DNA of 54,804 bases, filler included, from Stramenopiles sp. TOSAG23-2 (taxonomy: Eukaryota): NCBI GenBank assembly GCA_900128395.1. It is 3 parts of 3 records of this genome, joined end to end, with 100 filler letters (N's around TTAATTAATTAA, not from the genome) between each part and the next. Parts side by side here need not be neighbours in the genome. Positions count along the whole stretch, not along the records: positions 1 to 18,208 come from LT649613.1; positions 18,309 to 36,512 come from LT649614.1; 1 more part is not named here. One strand, 5' to 3'. Below the pieces are notes generated by a model. The model saw only the letters and a list, made by a program, of their open reading frames with translations, searched no databases and was not told the origin of the DNA. Within the stretch, counting starts at the first letter, position 1; the number at the start of each line of letters is the position of its first letter. A program made the position numbers and the translations under genes. This document shows, piece by piece, positions 10,446-20,094 of the stretch.

Positions 10446-11273
10446 TTAATACCCTCCTTCTTCTTTGCGTTGTTTGTTACGTAAACGTCGTTCCATCCAT
10501 ACTTTTGCTTGGTTACGATCTTGTAAAGTTATTGGTGTAAAATCCAACTGTTTTAATGTTGGTAACATGTATGTAACATACTTTCGATAGTTTTTCTTTT
10601 CTTCAATTGGATTACCATGTAATGTTAATTTTTGTATTTCTTTCAAATTTTTTAAACGTTTGATGTCTTGCAAATTGCCAATTTTGTTTCCGTGAAGGTA
10701 CAAAACTCGTATTTTATCATATTTTTCCAAACAAGAGCCTATTGTTTGCAACATATTAAACGAGCAATCTAAAAATTGCAAATCAGTGCTTTTAACAGTC
10801 TCGCTATCAATTGCATTTTTAAGCGCTTCATCAAAACCAACCCATGTATTTATTTCATTGTTGTTGAATTTTATGCTTCGTACTTGTTCCTTTAAATATA
10901 ACTTTGGTCCACTTGGTTTTTTGCGTGTTTTCTTTTTCTCTGCTTGTTCACCTTCTTCCCCGCTGTTATTGTTATTACCTACATTGTTTTCATTATTATT
11001 ATTGTTTTTGATGTTGTCTTTCGCTTTCTTTTCCTCGTTAGATATCCCTTCTTTCTCATTTCCTTCATCTTCATTCTCAGCCTCTTTTTGCACATGTTTA
11101 GCTTCCATCTTCTTCCTCATCTCTTCCAAAGCAGCCGCTTCTTTTGCTTTTGTCCATGGCTCCTCTTCTAAGACTTCTGAAAAAGATTTCATTTCTTTCC
11201 ACCCATAGTCCAGAGGTGAACCAGTGACGTTTGCACATAAATTATTACCGACTTTATATGTATGGCCCGACAT
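10446..11273 (-). CDS. LRRC51: Leucine-rich repeat protein 51-like (ciliary)
   Basis: N-terminal GSPLDYGWK, LQFLDCSFNML, VLYLHGNKI, LTLHGNPIE and LRRcap YRKYV...LKQLDFTPIT. Confidence 0.85.
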   Translation of the reverse strand: MSGHTYKVGNNLCANVTGSPLDYGWKEMKSFSEVLEEEPWTKAKEAAALEEMRKKMEAKHVQKEAENEDEGNEKEGISNEEKKAKDNIKNNNNNENNVGNNNNSGEEGEQAEKKKTRKKPSGPKLYLKEQVRSIKFNNNEINTWVGFDEALKNAIDSETVKSTDLQFLDCSFNMLQTIGSCLEKYDKIRVLYLHGNKIGNLQDIKRLKNLKEIQKLTLHGNPIEEKKNYRKYVTYMLPTLKQLDFTPITLQDRNQAKVWMERRLRNKQRKEEGGY

Positions 11274-11963
11274 GGGGTTTTTGTTTTACAGTGAATACGA
11301 GCAATTAACGATATCTTCTCTTTAAGAACAAAGGTTTTTAAAAGTATTTGATTTGTAGTTTTTCTATCATCTATAGTGTATATGTATATAACTATATCGT
11401 GTATATTTAATTTTAGTTTATTTTAGTTTATGTTATACATATATTATTCATTACTAAAAACGCACCATACCAGCGTAATAATATTATGTGCTTATAGTGC
11501 TTAAGTTAATACAAGCGAGAGAGAGGTAGTTTTTCTTGTTATTGTTATATTTATTTCATTTATGCCCGTTTTGTAACAGTATATGTGACATACCAGGAGT
11601 AATGCCTTAGATTACCCAGAGTATAATATATAGAAGTATGCACGAAGATCCGTTTCCATCACATCCATCATCATGATACCACACATCATATAGTAGTATA
11701 CCATAGTGTTATTATATAATGTTACATAGAATAGCAATATAAATATATATAATAATTATACATTCTTTACATTTATCATAGATAGAATAGCTATATATAT
11801 ATATACAAGCTATATAAAATATATATCACTATCCGCTGCACACATATTCCTTTAACATTCATAACAATAGAAAAAAGAGACTCAGGTAGAAAGAGAGAAA
11901 TACAATTGTAACTAGTATCTTGTAATTTACTAGAATATATATATATATATATATATATTAATA

Positions 11964-13406
11964 ATGGATAAAGAATATGTACCACCTTCGACAAAAGACA
12001 TTGCTGATTGGTCGAAATCTTGCATTGGAATTTTAGAATTGACTGAGACGATGGGGAAAACAATAGATGATACACTAAATACGATGAAATCTGATAGGGA
12101 TAGAGTAAGACGTCGTAGAGATTTCATTTTAAATAAATATCAAGATACAGAAGTTACCTTAGATAAAACACTTGCCGCTTTACCAACTGATTTGACTGAA
12201 TATAAAAAATTATTAACAAAGAAAGATTCTATGAAAGCAGCAGAAGAACAACAACGAAAATTACTAGGCTTAACAAGAGATGCCGATGATGACACCTTAG
12301 TTGAAGAAAGTACGCGTAGGTTAAGGGCTTATTTATCTGGTGAAACAGATGAAGCACCAAAAAGTCAATTGTTAGAGTTAAATATGGAAGATATTGACAA
12401 GGTGACTAATAATAATAATAATAATAATAATACGACAGATTCGTTGTCAAATGCTAATGCTAACAATAACAATAATAATAATGGTAAAAAAGAAGAAGAA
12501 GAAGAAGGGGAAACAAAAGAATCTGTCATTGACACACAAGGTAAAATAGAAAATAATGACAATAATGGGGGGGAAAATAACAATAATGATAATGAAGGTA
12601 GTAAAAAAAATACTTCTACTAAAAGTAAAAAAAAAGGTAGAGGGAAAAAAAGTAAAAAGAAAATGAAAAGTAGTAGGAAAGTAGGACCTTTAAGTCCAAT
12701 AAGAGAAAACAAAATAAAACAACAGCCAGCAGCACATGATAGATTATTAGCTATCCTTCAACAGGAAGAAGAGCGAGATGTCTTTCGTGCTCAAACATTA
12801 AAAGCATTGGAGGTCAATAACCCAGAACGGATCGAAGAAATGAAGCGTATATTTGCAAAGGAAAGACGGGAGGCAAATAAAGTTATGGAACAAATATTAA
12901 GTGATTTTAAACCAAGTAAAAGAAAATCTGAGCCAGTTACTCCATTGTCTTCAAAAGAACGACGAGAGAAATACAATATATCGACGCCAAAGAGTACTAG
13001 AAATAGTAGCAACAAAGGTGGCAAATCTTTTTTTCCATCGCCAAAATCATCAAATTCATCCATTAGAGGTCAGAGTGGTGGCTTTAGAGGGACAATGTCC
13101 GCACCTAGCATCACACAAGCAGCACATAGTAGGAAAAAACATAAACCGTTTAAAGCTAAAAATATGATGCCAGGATCATTTGCACCACCGAGTCCACCAA
13201 ATCTTCCTGATAATATTGATAAAAAATTAATTGATTTACATGGTGAACAAGCACGTACAGATCCAATTGATGGTTCCTCGATTGATCGTGGTGTTAAGGA
13301 TTTAATACATGATCATTCAACTCAAGTAGATCTGAATTTTCCTGATTTAGAAATGTATAGACGAAGTTACCATGATCGTGCAAAATGGAATGAGCCGAAG
13401 TATTGA
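11964..13406 (+). CDS. Hypothetical protein with poly-Asn tracts and a conserved-looking helical domain
   Basis: 480-aa ORF after an (AT)n leader, with the segment LLAILQQEEERD...KRIFAKERREANKVM. Confidence 0.75.
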   Translation: MDKEYVPPSTKDIADWSKSCIGILELTETMGKTIDDTLNTMKSDRDRVRRRRDFILNKYQDTEVTLDKTLAALPTDLTEYKKLLTKKDSMKAAEEQQRKLLGLTRDADDDTLVEESTRRLRAYLSGETDEAPKSQLLELNMEDIDKVTNNNNNNNNTTDSLSNANANNNNNNNGKKEEEEEGETKESVIDTQGKIENNDNNGGENNNNDNEGSKKNTSTKSKKKGRGKKSKKKMKSSRKVGPLSPIRENKIKQQPAAHDRLLAILQQEEERDVFRAQTLKALEVNNPERIEEMKRIFAKERREANKVMEQILSDFKPSKRKSEPVTPLSSKERREKYNISTPKSTRNSSNKGGKSFFPSPKSSNSSIRGQSGGFRGTMSAPSITQAAHSRKKHKPFKAKNMMPGSFAPPSPPNLPDNIDKKLIDLHGEQARTDPIDGSSIDRGVKDLIHDHSTQVDLNFPDLEMYRRSYHDRAKWNEPKY

Positions 13407-13789
13407 TGAGATTGATGAGAGAGACCCATGTGTTACAGTTTTCTTATTTTATTAATACTGTATATAAATAGAGAGTTTTCGCAGAGAGGGAGAAGGGAGA
13501 ATAAAAGTACTCGTAATAATATTTTTTAAGGTTAAACAATATTATTCTTAAATTATATATGTTAGCCGAAAGAGAGTCTGACGACGAGCTAACTGGCTAG
13601 AGCCGCCTTCAGTTCAGTTCAGCCGCCTGGTCAGCACTTCACAATATATTCGTATCAAGATAGAATCTCGGGCTACGTCTCAATCAACACACACGCAATG
13701 TATCTAAATATTTATATTGATCTTTAAGTTTTCTTTTTTATATTTTTAAATATAAAAGTAATATTGACACACACCCCCAATTTATTTCT

Positions 13790-14596
13790 TTAAGCCCACG
13801 CTCTAGCAGGTTGATATTGTGCAAACCAACTACGTATCATATATGCTTGACCTGAACTTACAATCAATAATATTAACGTTTCCACTAAAGTTAAATACAT
13901 GACCCGCGAATTATTACTTTCTCCTGTGTTCCTATTAGCTTCTTCCCTATAATGCATGTAATTAGCTTCCGTTTCAATCTTTTGTAATAAATCTTCCAAA
14001 TTTTGCAATGAACCTTTGATTGGAATCGTATCGGTAACTTCAGCAGGACGCTTTTTCTTATCTTTTAAGCTTTCCTTTTCAGATTTTTTTGGTGTGCTAC
14101 CTGCATGTGCTTTCTCAGCACTTTCACGAAAATGTAATTCAAAGGCAACAACTTTGGCTCCCTTACTAAGTGGGGTTGTAATATCTAAACGGTGAGTTGG
14201 AACGGCATGTACATCTACTCCAGTAGCAGGTGGCGTTGGGCGATTATCGAAGCAAAAGCTGTATTCCCCTCCTTGTTCAGTAACGAAATCCAAATGTTGC
14301 ATTTCTGGTATGTCTCTGAACGTTTTTACATGAACCGTACGTGCACCTTCTGCCCTAACTTGATGCATATCATATGAATGTTGTACTATTAACCGAATAT
14401 CTAAGCTACCACCATCTACCACAACCGCGGTTGCCCGTACTGGCACACGCTCTTCAAGCACCTCATAGAAACAATCTACAGCACCACTTTTTACAACTTC
14501 GTTGAACCAATGTGATTGTCCATTACATAGTATTGCAAACGTACTTGCAAAAACGACGAAGAACGTAGTGCAAAGTACAAAATTATTTTTCAACAT
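13790..14596 (-). CDS. p24/emp24/TMED family GOLD-domain cargo receptor
   Basis: Signal peptide, DCFYE...GEYSFCFDN GOLD cysteines, REEANRNTGESNNSRV coiled coil and a C-terminal TM with a short tail. Confidence 0.93.
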   Translation of the reverse strand: MLKNNFVLCTTFFVVFASTFAILCNGQSHWFNEVVKSGAVDCFYEVLEERVPVRATAVVVDGGSLDIRLIVQHSYDMHQVRAEGARTVHVKTFRDIPEMQHLDFVTEQGGEYSFCFDNRPTPPATGVDVHAVPTHRLDITTPLSKGAKVVAFELHFRESAEKAHAGSTPKKSEKESLKDKKKRPAEVTDTIPIKGSLQNLEDLLQKIETEANYMHYREEANRNTGESNNSRVMYLTLVETLILLIVSSGQAYMIRSWFAQYQPARAWA

Positions 14597-15137
14597 CTTA
14601 TTTTAAATATATGTATGTGTAGATTAACGATTAATGAAAGGTTTATGTTTGATTGATCTTCTTCCTCAATAATATATATAGCAGAGACAATTAAATTATT
14701 TATATATAAATCTAATAAAATATATTTAAATTCATCATCATCAATTCATTTTTCATCAATTATTCTTCTAATAATAATAATACCATGTACATTATTTTAT
14801 ATCACTGGATAGCACTATACTACATACAGTATCTATACTGTGGTATTTACTGTATTTGAATTTTTTAGCCACAAAAAATAAATAAATTATTTACCAGAGT
14901 TTACCTATTATAATATATTATCATAGGTATAATAAATATTACTATATCCATATACTAGCACGTACGAGATGATGGAATATACCATATTTACAGTATTTTT
15001 CACTTTTACTTTGTTCAAAAAGAGAGCTTTGTTTCCCGTTAGGATTTTTAAGGGGTTTTAGAAAACAAACACAACCATCAGCAGAGAGATTCTCTCTCGA
15101 AAGAACACCCTGTGTGGGAACACACATACACATATAT

Positions 15138-15902
15138 TTATATACATGATAATTCATATAAATCTTTCAGATGATCTTCATTTGCATATTCAAGTTGTAA
15201 TGCATATAAGCTTCCACTAAAATGTTTGATGTATAGAAATCCAGGTAATGGAGCAGATTTAGTATTTTGAAATGGATCGATCATTTCTGATATCTTATAT
15301 TCCTTGATATTATAACCAAGTAATCCTATTGTAGTGAATTCAACTTTATCGATCTTGGTATCCTGGCGTATTTCAACAACAATTGAACGTGTTACCATAT
15401 GAACACCAAATAATACAATACCTGTCATTCCTAATGCTAGTCCTGACATGCCTAAACGTTCCATCATATTTATTGGTTCAGACGTATACATAAGATATGC
15501 ACTCATTGCAGCGGAAGAATAAAATTGAAAAACAGAAAGTATACCACCAACTCTCCAATATTTCATTTGTTCCTTTGCATTGAAAATTACATGTTCTTGT
15601 CCTAATTCAGCTTCAATTAGATTATCATTTTTATCAATCTCAGTAGAAAAGAAATACTTATTAAAACCTCTATTACTACCGTTATTTTTCGTTTGTTTGT
15701 TGTTGCTTAAATAAAATTGGTTCTTCTTATTATTATTAATAATATTATTACATTGTTTTATCCATAGTACATTTGGTGTTGTATTTGTTTTTTCATTCCA
15801 TCCGTACTTGTTATTGCTGCTGTTGAATGATGTAGAGAAATATATTTTTTCAATGACTTTACTTTTTGGACATATAATTTTTTTAATTTGATTTAAGAAC
15901 AT
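15138..15902 (-). CDS. Probable mitochondrial inner-membrane protein, TMEM70/TMEM186/TMEM223-like
   Basis: Basic Asn/Lys-rich presequence, two TM helices, then RSIVVEI...VEFTTIGLLG. Confidence 0.6.
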   Translation of the reverse strand: MFLNQIKKIICPKSKVIEKIYFSTSFNSSNNKYGWNEKTNTTPNVLWIKQCNNIINNNKKNQFYLSNNKQTKNNGSNRGFNKYFFSTEIDKNDNLIEAELGQEHVIFNAKEQMKYWRVGGILSVFQFYSSAAMSAYLMYTSEPINMMERLGMSGLALGMTGIVLFGVHMVTRSIVVEIRQDTKIDKVEFTTIGLLGYNIKEYKISEMIDPFQNTKSAPLPGFLYIKHFSGSLYALQLEYANEDHLKDLYELSCI

Positions 15903-16311
15903 GGTGGTGATATATATATATATGTATATATATATCGTGACCGAATATGATGATACTTTTTTCTGAATATTGTTATTATTTATAGCACTTTAGTTACATT
16001 GGCAACAACAACATGAGTGATGGAGAATGGTGTGGAATAAAAACAAAGCCAGCCCGGCCAGGACGATAAGGTGCTTTTATAAATGGTTCACTATTAATCA
16101 GGAAACAGAGAGACTCTTTTTAATGAACGACGGGAGTGCCCGCCGCCGGACGACGGTTACCAAATTATGAGATACCACCAAAAAACAATAAAAATTGTTG
16201 AGTTTTTTAAAATGGTAAAAGAATAACCAAAACAAAAAGAAAAAAAGACAAAGAGATGAATAATTTTAACAAAAGAAACAACAACAAACTGTACATTTAG
16301 AAAATTAGAAT

Positions 16312-16866
16312 ATGGCATCGGTCGTCCAAAATAATACAACAGAAGCATCGGAGAAGAATATAGAGATAGAAGAGGAAAAGAAAAATAATGATGTGACTAA
16401 TAATAATAATAATAATAATGTAAACAATGAAAATAATATTAATAAAAACGTAAATAATATTGTGCCAATAGAGCCAATTGTTGTACCAGAAACTGAAGAA
16501 GAAAAAAAAATTAGAAAAGCGAAAGAACGAAATTTATTGAGATCACAAATATACTTTGGTGATTTAGGAAAATTAACTGCAGCAGAAGCAGCTGAAAAAC
16601 GTGCAAAGGAAAAACTTGCAAAAGCATCAGAAAATGCTAAAAAATTTCTTAAAGTATTTGCAGCAAAAGAAGACACAAAATTACCTTTTGCTATTATAGG
16701 AGTTCCACATCAACAAGAAGGTGGGTTTTATTCAGCAAAAGAAATTGCTGATGTTCAACAATGTCCAAACTATTCAAAAGATAGTGATATACATAAATGT
16801 ACAGAGTATTGTAGACGTCGTTATGGCCCATCGATAAATCAAAGTACAGCATGTTTGCTTCAATAA
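16312..16866 (+). CDS. Small hypothetical protein with a C-x9-H-x-C-x3-C cluster and C-terminal CaaX (CLLQ)
   Basis: 184-aa ORF with a MAS start, CPNYSKDSDIHKCTEYC and ending ACLLQ*. Confidence 0.75.
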   Translation: MASVVQNNTTEASEKNIEIEEEKKNNDVTNNNNNNNVNNENNINKNVNNIVPIEPIVVPETEEEKKIRKAKERNLLRSQIYFGDLGKLTAAEAAEKRAKEKLAKASENAKKFLKVFAAKEDTKLPFAIIGVPHQQEGGFYSAKEIADVQQCPNYSKDSDIHKCTEYCRRRYGPSINQSTACLLQ

Positions 16867-17218
16867 AAAGTATATTTTTAAAGAGAGAGAGAGAGATCAA
16901 AACTCCACCCTACCAACCCAGACAGAATAAAATCCCCTGATAAACCCATCAATTCGATGATGAGATACAGAGAGATACGTAAGGCGAAGTATATATTCGT
17001 AAATTTTTTTGTGTGTGCTCTTAAAATGTTAGTTGACCTTTTTTTATTTAAAATATATAACATATATTAAACTTGAGATTCATTATTTTTTTATAACATA
17101 CGAGCATACGAGTCGTAATTTATATAATTTTACGAATAATACTTTTGGTATCATACTACGTAGTATTAATATTTAATGATGTACAGACGTGTATAAAAAT
17201 ATTTAAATATTTAATATT

Positions 17219-18408
17219 TTACATTACGATACAAACTTGGCTATCATGTCGACCAAATTTAGTATTTCTACGCTCTTTATGGACTTCTCCCGTAATATCC
17301 GTATTTACTATTGTTGGTATGTTAAATATAGCTCTGACTGCACGATGATCTGAAGTTTTTACTGTTTTTTCACAATCGTATGCAAGCAATTCAATTGCAT
17401 GTCCACCATTTGATCTCCACAAAATTCTATCTGTCCATGCTGGCACTCTTTGTTTTCTACTAGTATCATATACATCAGATTTTTTATCAAATTTATAAGT
17501 CGGTCGAAAATTTAAGGGCCCTTCCTGGAAACTTTGAAACACATTACCTTTCTGCTGTTCCATCTTCAATTGATCCTTCTCAAGAAGCTTCTCATGCATA
17601 TTCAACTTTAACATTTTATCGACTGCATCACGTGTACCATTTATACGATAATTAAAATCACCAAGCCAAAATACATGATGAAAGCGATCGGAAACATTAT
17701 TACCAGTACCAATTTCAACCATTGGTGTGAAGTCTGGACGATGTAAATCTAATTTTTCATTAATCATTTGAAAATGTTCGTTACGTTCATGCACTTTGTG
17801 CTGATGTGCAGCAAAATGCGCACTGATGAACAAGAAACTTGTTTTACCAATTACCACTGAGATCCCAACACCTCCTTTGTTGCCAAATGTATTTCCTATT
17901 CCAGTCGCAACAACTTGAGCATTATGATGGCAGATTCCAACATGTTCATTATCATCTCCAATTTGGTCCTTTAGCGATTTATGGGCAAAGACAACGCATT
18001 GTATCGCAGCAAGCGCTTCTCCATGCACTAGAAAATAATTTTTTCCTAAACATTCTTTTACCATTTTTGGAAATTTTAATTTACCAAATGAATAAACAGA
18101 TTGCGCAGCAGTTCTTTCGCATTCTTGCGTTCCAATAACATATAAGTGACACATATTCGGCGGCAAAATTTTTCTCAATTGATCGATACCTGGTGCTTTT
18201 TTACCATGNNNNNNNNNNNNNNNNNNNNNNNNNNNNNNNNNNNNNNNNNNNNTTAATTAATTAANNNNNNNNNNNNNNNNNNNNNNNNNNNNNNNNNNNN
18301 NNNNNNNNGTTCAAAATCAAGGTCATCCTTATCAGGAGGTGAATCAGTATACTCTTGATCGTTGAAAATCGATTCCGAGGTAAATTGAAAATGACCATCA
18401 CCACCCAT
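17219..18408 (-). CDS. INPP5E: Inositol polyphosphate 5-phosphatase, INPP5E-like, interrupted by an assembly gap
   Basis: VIGTQE, GNKGGV, SAHFAAH, FWLGDFNYR, PTYKF, PAWTDRIL, SDHRAV and C-terminal CaaX CIVM. The frame stays open to the gap (HGKKAPGIDQL at 18208). The likely N-terminus MGGDGHF... at 18408-18309 is tentative. Confidence 0.85.
18209..18308. other. Scaffold gap (100 nt) with TTAATTAATTAA all-frame stop spacer
   Basis: N run with a central ttaattaattaa at 18253-18264; the same structure recurs at 36513-36612. Confidence 0.97.
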
Positions 18409-18689
18409 GGATTCGTATGCATCTTGATGTTTATTATATATATATATACATACGTATATATATGAAGGATTGAATATTATTTCCTGATTCCTGAGATAGA
18501 GTATTGAGCACATATGCATATAATAGTAATTTACCTATTTCCTATTTACCATGGGAAGTAAAATTATTATTTAACTTATTTATTTTTGATGGTTTATTTT
18601 ATAAAAGAGATTTTAACTATATACACCTGAATTACCACACCACAGCATTACTTTTAAATTTCTACGTATGTACGACGTCGTAGTAAACA

Positions 18690-19598
18690 TCACTCTCCTC
18701 TTAATTTAAAATGTTGAATGATCTTAACAGTTGCATCTTTTTGGAAATTATTAATAGTTTTTACACTTGTATTGACTTTTGCCCATTTACTTTTTTTCTT
18801 TCTATTTGCTAATGCTTTTTTACTAATTCTAAATGTAGCAAGAAACAATACAAATGCTGGGCCAATTTCTAACTGTTTTTGATCTTTTATAAAATCCAGC
18901 TCGTCTAATTCCATCTCCATTGGCAATTTTCTCTTAAATGACTTAGCTGTTATAGTTTGATCTTTGATTGGAATTTTCCAATGCTTCACTATACGCTCAC
19001 AAACACATTTAATTGTATCATCAGAACCCATAGAATCAAATAGCACTTCTTTTCCTTTCTTTTTTTTACCATTATGCATATTCCATTTCACAAATACACG
19101 ACGTGCAATTCGTCTTGAATCTGGCCATATTATTCTTTTTCTAGCTTTTCGTTTAGGGCCGGCATCAACATTTGCTTCTTCTCCCGGTTTTGCTCGGCCA
19201 CATATTTTACATTTAATTGAGGTATTTAAATTATCTTTTACCCCACATAGTTTACAAGTCCAATGAAGGTTTGGGTCAATGTATTTTTTCTTTTTACGCT
19301 CTTTTTCTAGTTCTTCTTTCAATTTTAGTTGTTTGGCTAGATTTTCCTCCAACAGACGTTGCTTTTCTTCTTCCTCTTCCCGAGCAAGAATTTCATCTTC
19401 ATCTTCGCTACTACTTATAATGTCATCTATTAAACCACCAAATCTATCAATTTTTTTCTTTGGAAAAGGTGTACCCTCAGGACATGGCCTTTTACAAGTT
19501 ATGCAGTTTCTATTAACAATTTGATTTACTTTGTAACATGTTTTACATTGCCAGGTTGGCGGAGGTTTCTTACCATCATCTGAATCGGAATCAGACAT
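18690..19598 (-). CDS. Protein with two RanBP2/NZF-type zinc fingers and a ubiquitin-like domain
   Basis: WQCKTCYKVN...CITC and WTCKLC...N...CKICG. VFVK...GKEVLFD...DDTIKCVCERI...IPIKDQ resembles the ubiquitin fold. Confidence 0.75.
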   Translation of the reverse strand: MSDSDSDDGKKPPPTWQCKTCYKVNQIVNRNCITCKRPCPEGTPFPKKKIDRFGGLIDDIISSSEDEDEILAREEEEEKQRLLEENLAKQLKLKEELEKERKKKKYIDPNLHWTCKLCGVKDNLNTSIKCKICGRAKPGEEANVDAGPKRKARKRIIWPDSRRIARRVFVKWNMHNGKKKKGKEVLFDSMGSDDTIKCVCERIVKHWKIPIKDQTITAKSFKRKLPMEMELDELDFIKDQKQLEIGPAFVLFLATFRISKKALANRKKKSKWAKVNTSVKTINNFQKDATVKIIQHFKLRGE

Positions 19599-20094
19599 AT
19601 TTATATTTTATACAATATATATGTACGTACAAGGTTTAGTGTTGATCATATCTTTGTATTAGACATTGGCAGTGTGAATGATTGCGTGTTTGAGTGATTT
19701 GTAAATATACTATTTAAAGGAAGAAGAATATAGCAAAAAGAGGTGTATTATTAATGTATTTATATTTTTTTATATAATGTGTATGCGTGCCAGTATGTTG
19801 TATGTATGTGGTGGTTGGTTGCATGCTATGTAGTAGTAGTATGATGTATATTATAATGAAAATATTATTATTATTATCAAAAACGGCAAAATGAGGTGGT
19901 AGTATAATATAATATAAAAACCGTGGTACTACCCTTGGTCATTTAAGGACTCACTACATGTTGTGGTGCTGTACCAGTTACCAGTGACACAGTATGTACC
20001 TAACTATAATGCTATGAAATGCTAATGTGCGTTAGGAGTATTTAGTCCTTAAATACACAAATTTAGTAGTTTACCAAACTTATTAATCAATACA

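Noticed and set aside
12406-12483. (AAT)n poly-Asn tracts here and in many other genes
   Set aside because: Ordinary slippage feature of AT-rich protist genomes.
13561-13595. Hammerhead-like words GAAA and CTGACGA enclosed by a stem
   Set aside because: Only 6 nt separate them, leaving no room for stems I and III or a cleavage triplet.
18253-18264. TTAATTAATTAA palindrome inside N runs (also at 36557-36568)
   Set aside because: Scaffolding spacer with stops in all frames, not biological.
19060-19100. VFVKWNMHNGKK resembling the 5-phosphatase first strand (TWNMHGK)
   Set aside because: It fits better as strand 1 of a ubiquitin-like domain, and the phosphatase has its own HGKK segment at 18208.
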